A DNA stretch of 64,000 nucleotides. Origin: an uncultured Gammaproteobacteria bacterium (lineage in GTDB: Bacteria; Pseudomonadota; Gammaproteobacteria; UBA6002). The translations under genes were made by a program, and so were the position numbers. The DNA lies in NCBI GenBank assembly GCA_963705725.1, contig CAVPKM010000013.1, positions 179,248 to 243,247 on the forward strand, written 5' to 3'. Position 1 is the first letter of the stretch, and every line of letters starts with the position of its first letter. Below, in pieces: positions 10,380 to 20,290 of this stretch. The notes under the pieces are model-generated. The model was not told the origin of the DNA and made no database searches. It saw nothing but the letters and a program-made list of their open reading frames with translations.

Positions 10380-10736
10380 TTATGCATATTGATAATAATT
10401 TATTTCAGGAAAATGGCGCATGAGTGAGAAATCTAAACCTGCCAATAAACCGTGAAGCTGAGTTTGTGAAATTTCTAGTTTATCAATTCCACTTAATTTT
10501 GGCAGAACAAAGCGTCCTTTTTCAAGGCGCTTGTAATGTAGAATAAAACCATTTGCATCCCACCAAATAATTTTTACTTTATCTCGTGATTTATTAAAAA
10601 AAATAAAGAGGCTCCCACATTGTGGATTATCCTTAAAATTTTCGACAATAAGGATACATAAACTATCAATGCTTTTTCTCGCATCTATAGGCTCCATGCT
10701 CACATAAATTTTTACTTCGTCTCGTAACTTAAGCAT
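10380..10736 (-). CDS. tnpB: IS66 accessory protein TnpB
   Basis: Identical protein to 5248-5604. Confidence 0.92.
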   Translation of the reverse strand: MLKLRDEVKIYVSMEPIDARKSIDSLCILIVENFKDNPQCGSLFIFFNKSRDKVKIIWWDANGFILHYKRLEKGRFVLPKLSGIDKLEISQTQLHGLLAGLDFSLMRHFPEINYYQYA

Positions 10737-11082
10737 TTAACCACCCACATAATTTAAAAATTTTCACTAAACGATCTAACGATAATTCTGATGAAACATG
10801 GAGTTTAAATCCCTTCGGGTTTTCAATAATCACGGTATTAATGCTCGAAGAATTTTGAATCTCGATTGGATTCAAAGAGAGAGGAATAAACGCGGGTTTT
10901 ATTTTTTTATCTCGAATTAACTTGCTACGGGCATGCGTAAAAGTATTTAAACTTATCCCTAACCGCTCACAATATTTTTTTTGACTTTCTTTGCTTAATT
11001 CCCAATCTGTAATTATTGATCGCCATTTTTCCATATTTAATGCCAGAGTTTTTTGAGAAGGCGAATTATGGGTTGCTGTCAT
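10729..11082 (-). CDS. tnpA: IS66 accessory protein TnpA
   Basis: Identical protein to 4902-5255. Confidence 0.85.
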   Translation of the reverse strand: MTATHNSPSQKTLALNMEKWRSIITDWELSKESQKKYCERLGISLNTFTHARSKLIRDKKIKPAFIPLSLNPIEIQNSSSINTVIIENPKGFKLHVSSELSLDRLVKIFKLCGWLNA

Positions 11083-12773
11083 GCGCTACTCCTTTAAAAA
11101 AACAGGAGTATGCAAGAACTTACGTTATAGCATAAGTGGGTGGTTAAATTAGCGGATACGAATATTGCATCCAAAATAGGATATTACGTCTGAAACTTGC
11201 GCAGGCATTGATAAAAACTTATAGAAAGTCTCGCATTGAAATAATAGCTCAATGAGTTCTGCATCCTTGTCGTGGATGCAGAGCTCAGAAATTGTAAGGC
11301 GATTAGTTGCAAGGTTTGTAATGTCATTTTCGGTAAGAAGAGGAAGAAGGACGCGAATCAATTCTTTTTGACAAGCCCCTAGAGCGCCCAATAAAGCAAT
11401 ATCAAGGTTGTGTTCGCCCCTTGCTAGTAATAATTTGACAGTCGCTAGAGAACCTGTATGTGCCGCCACTCTGAGAAAAAATCTAATTTTTTCACAGTCA
11501 GGCAATGCCTCTAATAAGATTTCAACACATTCAGCATGCCCATTCTTAACAGCATTCCATAAAGCCGCTTCTTTTCGAGATCCTTCATCCAAACAATGAT
11601 CTCCTGGCGTAGAGGCATCATATTGTATAACCTCCTCGCATAAAGGCGTTTCTTTGCAATTATCTAACAATAAAGAGAGGATTTCAGCATGCCCATTGCC
11701 AGCTGCCGCCTCCAATCCTCCAGGAAACATAAATAAGTTAGCAAGAAGAAGTTTTAGCATCTCAAAATTTCCATTTTGACATGCATGAAGAAAGAGAGAT
11801 TCGTAGTTTTTGTCTTGCAAAGAAAGAGGGCTATCTTTATCTTTCGCAAAATTTATTAGCCACTCTGCCACGGCCAATTGGTTATTTTTGAGCGCCTCTA
11901 CTAAGGCAGATTGATGGAAGGCAGATTGATAATCAGTAAAACTCGTATGATAATCACAAATTAATTCCCTCACGATTTTTAGATGTCCGTTTTTACAGGC
12001 CAAGAGAATATACTCATTACCAAAAATACGGGCGTCTTGCTTGAGGTACTTTACGAAGTGAATATCGCCTCCACCCATACAAGCCTCTTCAAGCATGGTG
12101 TTAACAGATTCTTCAGTCAATTCAGGAATAATATAAGTCGTTGGATAGCTTGCAATGAGTTCACATAAGAGATTTTCAGCAGAGTCATCCTCTAAATTAG
12201 CGAGGGAATATTTGCTCAAAAGATTATAAAAATCGATAGCTCTTCTATCATATGCCAGCCTCACTCCCTTTCCCTTGTCCACGATCGCTTGAATTTTTTC
12301 CCATAAATAGGGATCATTAGAATCCCTTTTAATGTGGTTACCAATAAGCGGGATTCCTTCTGATCGACTGCCTTCCCAGAACACTCTATTTGTACATAAG
12401 CCATAAATAAAGGCAATAATGGATGCTTTGGTATAGAATTCTTTCAGCATAGCCTCTGGATTTTTTTCATTTTCATTTATCATTTCATGCCTCGTGTTTA
12501 GAATTGAACTGTATTGATGAATAGTTTAATGATAAAAAATGAAGAGCATATTAAATTAATTAAAAATATGTTAGCAACGAATGGCGATTGTATCAAAATG
12601 CCATTGTAATTTTTTTCTAGTACAGGGGACAGTACGCATTGCCTCATTCAGTCAAGAATTTTTTGAAGAATTTTTGTCATTGCATTTTACAACAGGATAT
12701 TTCTCGAAAAATAACTGACGCGTGATTAATTTATCAATTGATATTGGCATTGTCGCTAATCCACTTAAACATC

Positions 12774-12900
12774 TAGGCGATAAAGTAAATTGTTTAATGG
12801 CTGCTATTGGCTATAACTTTAAATTAATCTTCAAGTGGTTGAGGAAAATTTTTTTGCACTATCTTTGGGAAGATATTTTTTGTCGTATCCTCATAAATAA
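12774..12900 (+). pseudogene. C-terminal relic of an IS5-family transposase
   Basis: GDKVNCLMAAIGYNFKLIFKWLR resembles the GD-N--LAAAGYN-R-LL-WL tail of IS5-family transposases; starts exactly where the duplication ends. Confidence 0.55.
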
Positions 12901-12929
12901 AAGGCCCATCATTGAATTAAAATGGCTTC

Positions 12930-13047
12930 TTAACGTTTGACTAGCTAAATCTAAAAAATCAGAAGGAGTCCAAACATCAAAGTTTTTTTTATTTTGTATT
13001 CTGTCTAAAATTAGCTCTTTAGAGAGACATAATAATCCTTTCCCCAT
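12930..13047 (-). pseudogene. N-terminal relic of a DUF6088/AbiEi-like antitoxin
   Basis: ILDRIQNKKNFDVWTPSDFLDLAS resembles the I--RI------VFTP-DFLDLGS start of this family, then degenerates. Confidence 0.4.
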
Positions 13048-13113
13048 TGTCCGATAATTGCATGCTTTTTTCGGACAAAAAGCAAAGGTAGCTAAGAAGC
13101 GAAATTAAATTCG

Positions 13114-14052
13114 TCACAACCCTTGTGTCGAATTCGATATTTTAGGGCAAATCGATTCAAGAATATTCTCCATATGATTGTATAATGTCGAAATATGAGC
13201 TTCATGTTCAAATAATTTCAATTTAGCGTGAGGGAGTTTGGTCTTATAAATGCCTGCATGAGAGGCGGGGATTTGCATATCCAATTTGCCTTGCCAAATA
13301 GTAATTGGATAGGTAATTTTTTCTAAATCGAAACCCCATGGCCTTAAAACCAAACACATTTCTTGTGCAGCACCATTGACACCGTCTTTAAAAGACTCGG
13401 CTATCATATCCATTATTTTATTAATGCGACTAACATCTTGGAGAATAATGCGATCGGGGGCAGGAAGTTTTTGGATAAATTGGTTAAATATTTTTGGTTT
13501 AAACATCATCTTTTGCTGTATTTTCATCAATAAAAAAGCAAATCCAGGAACATGCCTAACAAGCGCATTTATGGCTCTTAATCCCCATGGCATGCCAATT
13601 TTAGACTCAGGCAATGCTGATGGGGCAATACCAGAAACAATCGCAGCACCACTTAAACGTTCCGGGATCATGTAAGCGCAAGCCATAACAAATGGTGCTC
13701 CTCCTGAGTGGCCAATTATAGAAAATTTTTCTATTTCAAGATGATTCGCCAGAGCAACAATGTCCTGACTCCAGTTCAGAATGGTATGTTTTTTGTGGAA
13801 GGTTGATAATCCCATTCCAGGGCGATCGATCCCGAAAAAATGGCAACGATGTGCTTTTGCAATCTGGTGAAAATCACTGGCCTGTAATCTCGATCCTGGA
13901 AATCCGTGAAAATAAAACACGGGATGCCCTTTAGGATCGCCGCATTCTAAATAACCAAGTGCCCTGCCATCCCTCAAGATAATAGATGAACCACAAGTAC
14001 GTAGTTTATTTTTCATAATAACCTCACAGCCATACAACAGTATGCATCCCAT
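13114..14052 (-). CDS. Alpha/beta hydrolase (true start probably MKNKL)
   Basis: FHGFPGSR, DRPGMG, nucleophile GHSGG, WQGKLD, EAH. Confidence 0.88.
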   Translation of the reverse strand: MGCILLYGCEVIMKNKLRTCGSSIILRDGRALGYLECGDPKGHPVFYFHGFPGSRLQASDFHQIAKAHRCHFFGIDRPGMGLSTFHKKHTILNWSQDIVALANHLEIEKFSIIGHSGGAPFVMACAYMIPERLSGAAIVSGIAPSALPESKIGMPWGLRAINALVRHVPGFAFLLMKIQQKMMFKPKIFNQFIQKLPAPDRIILQDVSRINKIMDMIAESFKDGVNGAAQEMCLVLRPWGFDLEKITYPITIWQGKLDMQIPASHAGIYKTKLPHAKLKLFEHEAHISTLYNHMENILESICPKISNSTQGL

Positions 14053-14080
14053 AAGCTGTGCTGCCTATAGGATGCCAATG

Positions 14081-14842
14081 TTAAGATAATTTTTTATTGG
14101 CAAACAATTTCATTGCTTCAACCAAATACTCGACTAAATCTGGATGATATCGGTTGTAGAATAAACGGTAATCAGGATGATCGAGATACATCTGTCCAAG
14201 CCCTAAATACGTTTCCTTCGTAGGCGTCCAGAAATTGTTGACCCAATAAAAATGTTGTTGAATAAGCTTTTGAACTTCATCTGAGTCTATTTTTCGTCCT
14301 CGTTTAAGTGCCTCTGCAAGCGCAAGATTAAGCTTCTCGCCAGAATCCTTAAACTGCTCCCAGTCCGCTTTTTTCCAATTAGAAACTCGTTGCCAACTAT
14401 CATCAATTTGTTTCTGTGAAATAATACCTGTATCAAGCATATATTTCTCATGTTCTTGCTGTTTGATGGGATCAAATCCATCGTACATTTCTGCATCACG
14501 CATGATTATTTTTCCTCTTAAATGTGAAATGGTTTTATCAATTGTTTTGATAAGCGTTGCTGTTCTATCAAGACCCGACTGCAACATGGATTTATGAGCT
14601 TTTAATGATTCAATTTTATCGAAATCATCACTGCTTAAAATCTTTTGAATGTCATTTAGAGGAAATCCCAGCTCACGAAAAAATAGAATTTGCTGAAGCA
14701 TAAGCAGCTGCTCTGCTTTATAATAACGATACTGATTCTCTCCATAAAAAGCAGGCGCTAGTAGACGAATTTCGTCATAAAATCGCAGTGTGCGTGTACT
14801 CACACCTGAAAGTTTCGCCAATTGATTTATCGTATATGCCAT
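14081..14842 (-). CDS. MerR-family regulator with TipAS-like C-terminal domain (TipA/Mta type)
   Basis: YTINQLAKLSGVSTRTLRFYD HTH, ILFFRELGFPL, YLGLGQMYLDHPDY. Confidence 0.9.
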   Translation of the reverse strand: MAYTINQLAKLSGVSTRTLRFYDEIRLLAPAFYGENQYRYYKAEQLLMLQQILFFRELGFPLNDIQKILSSDDFDKIESLKAHKSMLQSGLDRTATLIKTIDKTISHLRGKIIMRDAEMYDGFDPIKQQEHEKYMLDTGIISQKQIDDSWQRVSNWKKADWEQFKDSGEKLNLALAEALKRGRKIDSDEVQKLIQQHFYWVNNFWTPTKETYLGLGQMYLDHPDYRLFYNRYHPDLVEYLVEAMKLFANKKLS

Positions 14843-14870
14843 TATTACGCTCCTCTAGGTGACAAAGTGC

Positions 14871-14901
14871 ACGATAAAGGTTGACGCAACGTCAGAGTCA
14901 A
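14871..14901 (-). promoter_or_regulatory. MerR-type promoter/operator
   Basis: Minus strand TTGACT-(19 bp CTGACGTTGCGTCAACCTT)-TATCGT, with dyad TGACG-TTG-CGTCA in the spacer. Confidence 0.85.
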
Positions 14902-14956
14902 GTATTTTTTCATTTAGGAGTGACAACTATTCTGACATAAGTTTTTTGTAGGTGTT

Positions 14957-14989
14957 CAGCAGCTCAGAAGTGCGTAAACCAGTATAAAT
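14957..14989 (-). pseudogene. Tiny tyrosine-integrase relic (box I)
   Basis: Minus strand encodes IYTGLRTSELL, about 150 bp from the tmRNA 3' end. Confidence 0.5.
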
Positions 14990-15144
14990 TTTAATTTAAC
15001 TAGGCAAATGGCGTAAGAGGGGGCGCTACTGGGGCATTTACGGGGACAATGAAAGACCATGAAAAACAATCCCCAATGCATTTTAACCTAATGATTATCA
15101 ACAGTTTTTGGTGATCTTTGACAGTCTTTTGTTATCTTAAAAAT

Positions 15145-15507
15145 TGGTGGAGGCGGCGGGAATCGAACCCGCGTCCGCAAATCCTCGACTTGAGGCATCT
15201 ACATGTTTAGCTCTGTTATTTAATTTGACGCATGGGCCTCCAACAGACAGGATGTTCCATGAGCGAGTCTATTATTTGACAAGCCATTTTAGACAGAATG
15301 GATTGCGATTTTATGTGCTATTACCATTGAGCAAAGCCCATAAACAAGCTTTGTCAACGGGTAGGCGCTGTTTTTTAGGCAGCTGCAGCTACTTGATATT
15401 TACTATCGTTTGCAGTTACTTTAATTTGCAACTCAGTTTTACGAGTGAAGTCACCTGCTCGACATGCACCTGAAGCGTTGAAATCCACGTCGAAGCCAGT
15501 CGCCCCC
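15145..15507 (-). ncRNA. ssrA: tmRNA; tag peptide ANDSKYQVAAAA* at 15413-15375
   Basis: 5' GGGGGCGACTGGCTTCGAC, 3' GGACGCGGGTTCGATTCCCGCCGCCTCCACCA, resume codon GCA followed by AAC GAT; adjacent to smpB. Confidence 0.95.
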
Positions 15508-15566
15508 GGGGAATCTCACTTTCATGATCAAAGTAGTATAGCAGAAATTTGTTGAAATAGCCAGGT

Positions 15567-16055
15567 CTATTTACCGAGGCGCGAAATTTTAGCGGCACGT
15601 TGTTTCTCTCTATCCCACTCGCGTTGTTTAATGGATTCTCGCTTGTCGAATTCTTTCTTGCCCCTGGCCAGACCAATTCCAAGTTTAACGTGGTTTTTTT
15701 TCCAATATAAGGAGAGCGTAGTGAGCGTGTATCCTTTTCGTTGTGTGGCACCGATTAACATTTGTATTTCTTTTCTGGTTAACAGCAATTTACGGCTTCG
15801 AACAGGGTCTGGGTTAATGTGGGTGCTAGTGGTCGCAAGTGGACTGATATGCATGCCAAGCAACCAAGCTTCTCCTTTTTTGATAATGACATAACTATCT
15901 TTTATCTGAATGTGATGTGCCCGGATACTTTTTACTTCCCAACCTTCTAACACTAGCCCTGCTTCAAATTTTTTATCGATGTGGTAATCATGAAAAGCTT
16001 TTTTATTGAGAGCGATAGTGGGAGTATTTTCAGGATTTTTATTTTTCTTGCTCAT
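15567..16055 (-). CDS. smpB: SsrA-binding protein
   Basis: [40 protein letters not shown]. Confidence 0.98.
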   Translation of the reverse strand: MSKKNKNPENTPTIALNKKAFHDYHIDKKFEAGLVLEGWEVKSIRAHHIQIKDSYVIIKKGEAWLLGMHISPLATTSTHINPDPVRSRKLLLTRKEIQMLIGATQRKGYTLTTLSLYWKKNHVKLGIGLARGKKEFDKRESIKQREWDREKQRAAKISRLGK

Positions 16056-16095
16056 GGGTTAGACTCTACAGCTTAAGTAATCAGGTGAGAATGTT

Positions 16096-16536
16096 ATGCC
16101 TATCATACAACGAAGTGCAATAGTACCGCATACATCAGAAGAAATGTATCAGTTAGTGAATGCAATCAAGGACTATCCGTCATTCATTCCTTGGTGCCAT
16201 GATGCAGAGGTGCACAGTTGCGATGAGGATGAAATTCGCGCAACTTTACATTTTGAGGGAGCAGGCTTTAGAAAATCCTTTACAACCTGCAATCGACTGC
16301 AAAAAAATAAGATGATTGAAATAAGGATGTTGGATGGGCCTTTTAAGCATTTAGAAGGATTTTGGTTGTTTGAATCACCAAATAACGAGCAGTGTTTGAT
16401 TCGGTTGGATTTAGAATTTGAGCTTGCAAATAAAATTTTGGGATTGGCGTTTGGATCATTGTTTAATCAGGTAGCCAACTCTTTAGTAGAGGCCTTTTCT
16501 AAACGTGCTGAAGTCGTATATGGCACTAGAGGTTGA
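16096..16536 (+). CDS. ratA: RatA/PasT/Coq10-like START-domain protein
   Basis: YPSFIPWC, SFTTCN, GPFKHLEGFWLF; conserved position divergent from smpB. Confidence 0.9.
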   Translation: MPIIQRSAIVPHTSEEMYQLVNAIKDYPSFIPWCHDAEVHSCDEDEIRATLHFEGAGFRKSFTTCNRLQKNKMIEIRMLDGPFKHLEGFWLFESPNNEQCLIRLDLEFELANKILGLAFGSLFNQVANSLVEAFSKRAEVVYGTRG

Positions 16537-16783
16537 AGTTTGTTATGCAGAGTGGCTTGTATCTGTTTGCATGCCCGAGGGCAGTACAGTTATCAAGGCA
16601 ATTTTAGCTTCTAACATTTTGGAGCAGCATCCCGAAATAAATTTGACAAATAATGTAGGAATTTTTGGCAAAAAAGTGACGCTTGGGACCATTTTGACGA
16701 CAGGGGATCGAGTAGAAATTTATCAATCCCTAAAGTTATCCCCAAATGAAATACGTCTTAAACGAATGAAACAGAATAAGTAG
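16520..16783 (+). CDS. ratB: RnfH/RatB ubiquitin-like protein
   Basis: VEVCYA, VGIFGK, GDRVEIY; follows ratA. Confidence 0.85.
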   Translation: MALEVEVCYAEWLVSVCMPEGSTVIKAILASNILEQHPEINLTNNVGIFGKKVTLGTILTTGDRVEIYQSLKLSPNEIRLKRMKQNK

Positions 16784-16801
16784 CGTATTAATTACGTAAC
16801 A

Positions 16802-17128
16802 CTACCCTCTGGTATTGATGCTGGATATTCGATTGTTTTGAAAATAAAGCGTCATCTTTTTTTCAATGAAGTTACCCTTGCCTGGTTTGAGGGTGAAAAT
16901 ATATGTCCAGCGATTATCATTGAAAGCATCGATAAGAATTGGCGGACCTAGCAATGCTACGACAGATTCCTTGTCCATCCCTACATGAATCTTATGCACC
17001 ATGTCTGGCGTAAAAATATTTCCTTGCTGAATGTTAATGCGATATAGCCAAGTGCTTTGCGTGCAGCTAGAGAGCGCAAAAACAATACAAAATAGAGTGA
17101 TTAGGGTTATAATTTTTGTTTTCACCAA
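16802..17128 (-). CDS. bamE: Outer membrane assembly lipoprotein BamE
   Basis: Lipobox LSSC, IQQGN, GMDKESV, LG-P, RWTY; divergent from fur. Confidence 0.9.
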   Translation of the reverse strand: MVKTKIITLITLFCIVFALSSCTQSTWLYRINIQQGNIFTPDMVHKIHVGMDKESVVALLGPPILIDAFNDNRWTYIFTLKPGKGNFIEKKMTLYFQNNRISSINTRG

Positions 17129-17180
17129 GTTACCCTTCTTTTACTTATTCTAGTAGGCCATGTTATCAAAGGAGAGTTCA

Positions 17181-17594
17181 TTGGACAACCAAGATCTGAA
17201 AAAGGCCGGTCTGAAAGTGACGTTACCACGTCTTAAGATTCTTGAAATACTTGAAAAAGCTGATCCGCGACATATGAGTGCAGAAGAAGTTTACAAAACA
17301 CTAGTAGAATCAGGTGATGATGTAGGACTTGCGACAGTGTATCGTGTTTTGACCCAGTTCGAGGCAGCAGGATTAGTTCGTCGCCATAATTTTGAAGGAG
17401 ATCATGCCGTTTTTGAAGTTGAGCAAGGTGAGCATCATGATCATTTGGTTTGCGTTAAATGCGGTAAAGTCGATGAATTTATCGATGAAATGATTGAGGA
17501 AAGACAGGAAGTGATTGCGAATAAATTTGGATTTGAAATGACAGATCATAGCTTAACAATTTATGGCATTTGCCATGGGTGTAAACAAAATTAA
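17181..17594 (+). CDS. fur: Ferric uptake regulator
   Basis: LKKAGLKVTLPRLKIL, GLATVYRVL, HHDHLVC; TTG start after AAGGAG. Confidence 0.97.
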   Translation: MDNQDLKKAGLKVTLPRLKILEILEKADPRHMSAEEVYKTLVESGDDVGLATVYRVLTQFEAAGLVRRHNFEGDHAVFEVEQGEHHDHLVCVKCGKVDEFIDEMIEERQEVIANKFGFEMTDHSLTIYGICHGCKQN

Positions 17595-19255
17595 GAGGTT
17601 GCGATCAGTTCTTCTGCGTGAGCTAAGCTATTTTCAGTAATGGATAAACCACCTAGCATGCGTGCAATTTCTTGGATTTTGTCGGAAGCGGTAAGCTGAA
17701 TTATTGTTGTATGCGTTTCGTTTTGAGCAATTTGCTTTTTCACTAATAAATGCAAGTTTCCACATGCAGCAACTTGTGGCAAGTGGGTGATGCAAAGTAC
17801 TTGTGCAGTTTGGCTGATCGATTTTAGTAAATTACCCACGATCGCTGCCGTTCCTCCACCAATGCCAACATCTACTTCGTCAAAAACTAATATCGGAGTG
17901 ATGTTTTTTTCTGCCGTGATCACATATATTGCTAAGGCAATACGAGAAAGCTCTCCGCCTGATGCGATTTTTGAAAGTGGTTGAGGGGCTTGGCCTGGAT
18001 TCATTGAAACAAGATATTCAATCTCTTCTAAACCATAAGGAGAGAATTGCTCCTTGTGTGAAAGCTTTGCTTCAAAAATGCCGCCTGGCATGCCAAGGGA
18101 GCGCATTTTTTCGCTGATTTTATTTGTGAGTGTTAAAGCCGCTTGTTTGCGGCTGTCTGTAAGTTTCTTTGCGACTGCTGAGTATTGATTAGCTAAAATC
18201 GTCGCCTCTTCATTAAGCGTGGCTAACATGGCCTCAGATTGTTGCAAATTCTCAGATTCTTCTATTAATTTGTTATGAATTAGTGGTAAATCTCTTGGGG
18301 ATGTGGAATATTTTCTAGCTAATTGATGGATTGTTGAAAGCCGTGTTTCGATTTCAGCTAAGCGTTCTGGGTATGACTCAATCGCGCTGAGGTAATCCTG
18401 TAGCTCATTCACTGTTTCTTCCACGTGGATGATGGCATGATTCAGCAAATCACTAGAAGATTGCAATTTTTCATGAAAATGTACCATGGCGCTTAGTTGA
18501 CTTTGTGCTTGATAAAGAAAACATTGCGCAGAGCGGTCGTCTTCAGCTAGCTTAGCGAGTGCAGAATGACAGTTTTTGATTAATTGTTCTCGATTGGCGA
18601 GCTGTTTATGTTCGGCATCCAGTCGTTCATATTCTGATGGCAAGAGGTTAAGTTTTTCAAATTCAGTAATTTGATACTGCAGCAATTCCAATTGTATTGC
18701 TGCATTCTTTTGAGTTTCACTTAATTGAGTGATTTTATTTTGATTTTGCACCCATTCGTAGTAAAGCGATTTTACCTCTTCACAAAGCGTTAAATGACAG
18801 CTGAATTGATCCAGAAGTTCTCGTTGATACTGACGTTTGGTTAGTTGTTGATGTTGATTTTGACTGTGCAAATGAATAAGTAGAGAAGCGAATTCCCTGA
18901 GTTCTTGTAGGGTACATTGAATGCCATTAATCATTTGTCTGGATTTTCCATCCTTCCCTATGATTCTTCTGATTAGACATTCTTCAGCTTGAGCCGTTTC
19001 AAAATCTTTTTCGCTTAACCATTGGAGTGCTTTCGGAGTATTCGTCAAATTAAAACAGGCGCTTAGATTACATTTATTTTCATTTTTTCCTACAATCGAA
19101 CTATCTGTTTTGCCTCCTAGAAGAATGGTGAGCGCATCAATAATAATAGATTTACCAGAGCCCGTTTCTCCTGTAATGACAGTTAGGCCTTCTTTAAAGT
19201 CAATATCTAATTCGGGAATGATAATGAAGTTTTTGATTTGGAGATGGTTAAGCAT
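17591..19255 (-). CDS. recN: DNA repair protein RecN
   Basis: TGETGSGKS Walker A, ASGGELSR, FDEVDVGIGG, ITHLPQVAA. Confidence 0.97.
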   Translation of the reverse strand: MLNHLQIKNFIIIPELDIDFKEGLTVITGETGSGKSIIIDALTILLGGKTDSSIVGKNENKCNLSACFNLTNTPKALQWLSEKDFETAQAEECLIRRIIGKDGKSRQMINGIQCTLQELREFASLLIHLHSQNQHQQLTKRQYQRELLDQFSCHLTLCEEVKSLYYEWVQNQNKITQLSETQKNAAIQLELLQYQITEFEKLNLLPSEYERLDAEHKQLANREQLIKNCHSALAKLAEDDRSAQCFLYQAQSQLSAMVHFHEKLQSSSDLLNHAIIHVEETVNELQDYLSAIESYPERLAEIETRLSTIHQLARKYSTSPRDLPLIHNKLIEESENLQQSEAMLATLNEEATILANQYSAVAKKLTDSRKQAALTLTNKISEKMRSLGMPGGIFEAKLSHKEQFSPYGLEEIEYLVSMNPGQAPQPLSKIASGGELSRIALAIYVITAEKNITPILVFDEVDVGIGGGTAAIVGNLLKSISQTAQVLCITHLPQVAACGNLHLLVKKQIAQNETHTTIIQLTASDKIQEIARMLGGLSITENSLAHAEELIATS

Positions 19256-20217
19256 TAACCTTCCCAGCCCAATTTCTTGCGAAGCGTTTCAAAGTAGTTA
19301 TAGTCTAAGGGATGAATTAAACGCAGCGTTTCCGCCTTTCTGCAAATCGTAATTTTCTCGCCAGGTTCTAGGATAATTCGTTCTTGGCCATCACAGCTAA
19401 CTCGGGAGGGAGCTTGATTGTTAGCGGAAAGGTGAATATCAATTGCGCTGTTACTTTTCACCACGATTGGGCGGCTGCTTAAAGTATGAGGAAACATAGG
19501 AACTAAAACAATGGCATCTAAGCCGGGATGAAGAATTGGGCCGCCACCTGAAAGTGCATAGGCTGTTGAACCCGTTGGTGTGGCAATGATGATTCCATCA
19601 GCGCGCTGATAACAAATCATTTGATCATTAATTTTCACCTGAAATTCAATCATATGGGCTAAATTTCCAGGAAGGAGTACCACATCATTTAATGCAATCG
19701 CATGAGACACATCGCCATTTAAGTGATTGACTGTTGCTTCAAGTAGGAAGCGCTCTTCTTCGATAAAATTCCCTGATAGCACATCATCTATTTTATCCAA
19801 TTCATCGGGCTTAATATCTGTTAAAAAACCCAGTCGCCCTCGATTGATTCCCAGTACAGGTAGGCCATAATCTGCTGCCATATGCGCGGCGTTTAACATG
19901 CTGCCATCGCCTCCTACCACGATGAGTAGGTCACAATTTTTACAAAGAAGTGTTTGTGGCAAAACCGTTAAACGGCTATCTGGAAGGAGTTCAGCCGTGC
20001 TAGGTTCTAATACAACTTCAACGGGATAATTTGATAAATACGCTTTAATGGCGAGCAATGTTTCTTCAATGCCTTCTACTCGACGTCCAAAAAGTGCCAC
20101 TTTTTGAAAATGCTTTTTTTGGGGATTCATTAAAACATCCGTTTCAATCGTATTTTCCAAAATCATATCCTCATATGATACCATCATGCGACTCCTTGGA
20201 TGACAGTTTTGGCTCAA
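19255..20217 (-). CDS. nadK: NAD kinase (true start probably downstream, near MNPQKK)
   Basis: GGDGS, GRLGFL, ALNDV, TPTGSTAYALSGGG. Confidence 0.95.
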   Translation of the reverse strand: MSQNCHPRSRMMVSYEDMILENTIETDVLMNPQKKHFQKVALFGRRVEGIEETLLAIKAYLSNYPVEVVLEPSTAELLPDSRLTVLPQTLLCKNCDLLIVVGGDGSMLNAAHMAADYGLPVLGINRGRLGFLTDIKPDELDKIDDVLSGNFIEEERFLLEATVNHLNGDVSHAIALNDVVLLPGNLAHMIEFQVKINDQMICYQRADGIIIATPTGSTAYALSGGGPILHPGLDAIVLVPMFPHTLSSRPIVVKSNSAIDIHLSANNQAPSRVSCDGQERIILEPGEKITICRKAETLRLIHPLDYNYFETLRKKLGWEG

Positions 20218-20290
20218 ATAGAGTTGTAAAGCGTAAAATTCTAATCACGAAGGATATCATATCCTTTGTTTAATTGAATCTCTAGTTCTA

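Larger units (their letters stand above)
8769..11159 (-). mobile_element. IS66-family insertion sequence, copy 2 (2391 bp, inverted relative to copy 1)
   Basis: Same IRs; 8-bp TSD GAATATTG at 8761-8768 and 11160-11167; TnpC differs from copy 1 at two residues (L/F, V/A). Confidence 0.95.
8246..12483 (-). pseudogene. Ankyrin-repeat protein (copy B), split by IS66; N-part 11160-12483, C-part 8246-8768
   Basis: Both parts align with copy A; removing the IS and one TSD restores ...GCNILKRLLESSEVC... Confidence 0.9.

Noticed and set aside
4825-11159. IS66 composite transposon carrying ahpD
   Set aside because: Each IS has its own distinct TSD and the outer flanks do not share one
1200-11640. Ankyrin copies as a diversity-generating retroelement TR/VR pair
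   Set aside because: Differences in the patch I compared (1211-1246 vs 11591-11626) involve all four bases, the copies also differ by indels, and there is no reverse transcriptase in the window
15144-15751. ORFs 15144-15473 (+) and 15416-15751 (-)
   Set aside because: Shadow frames over tmRNA and smpB
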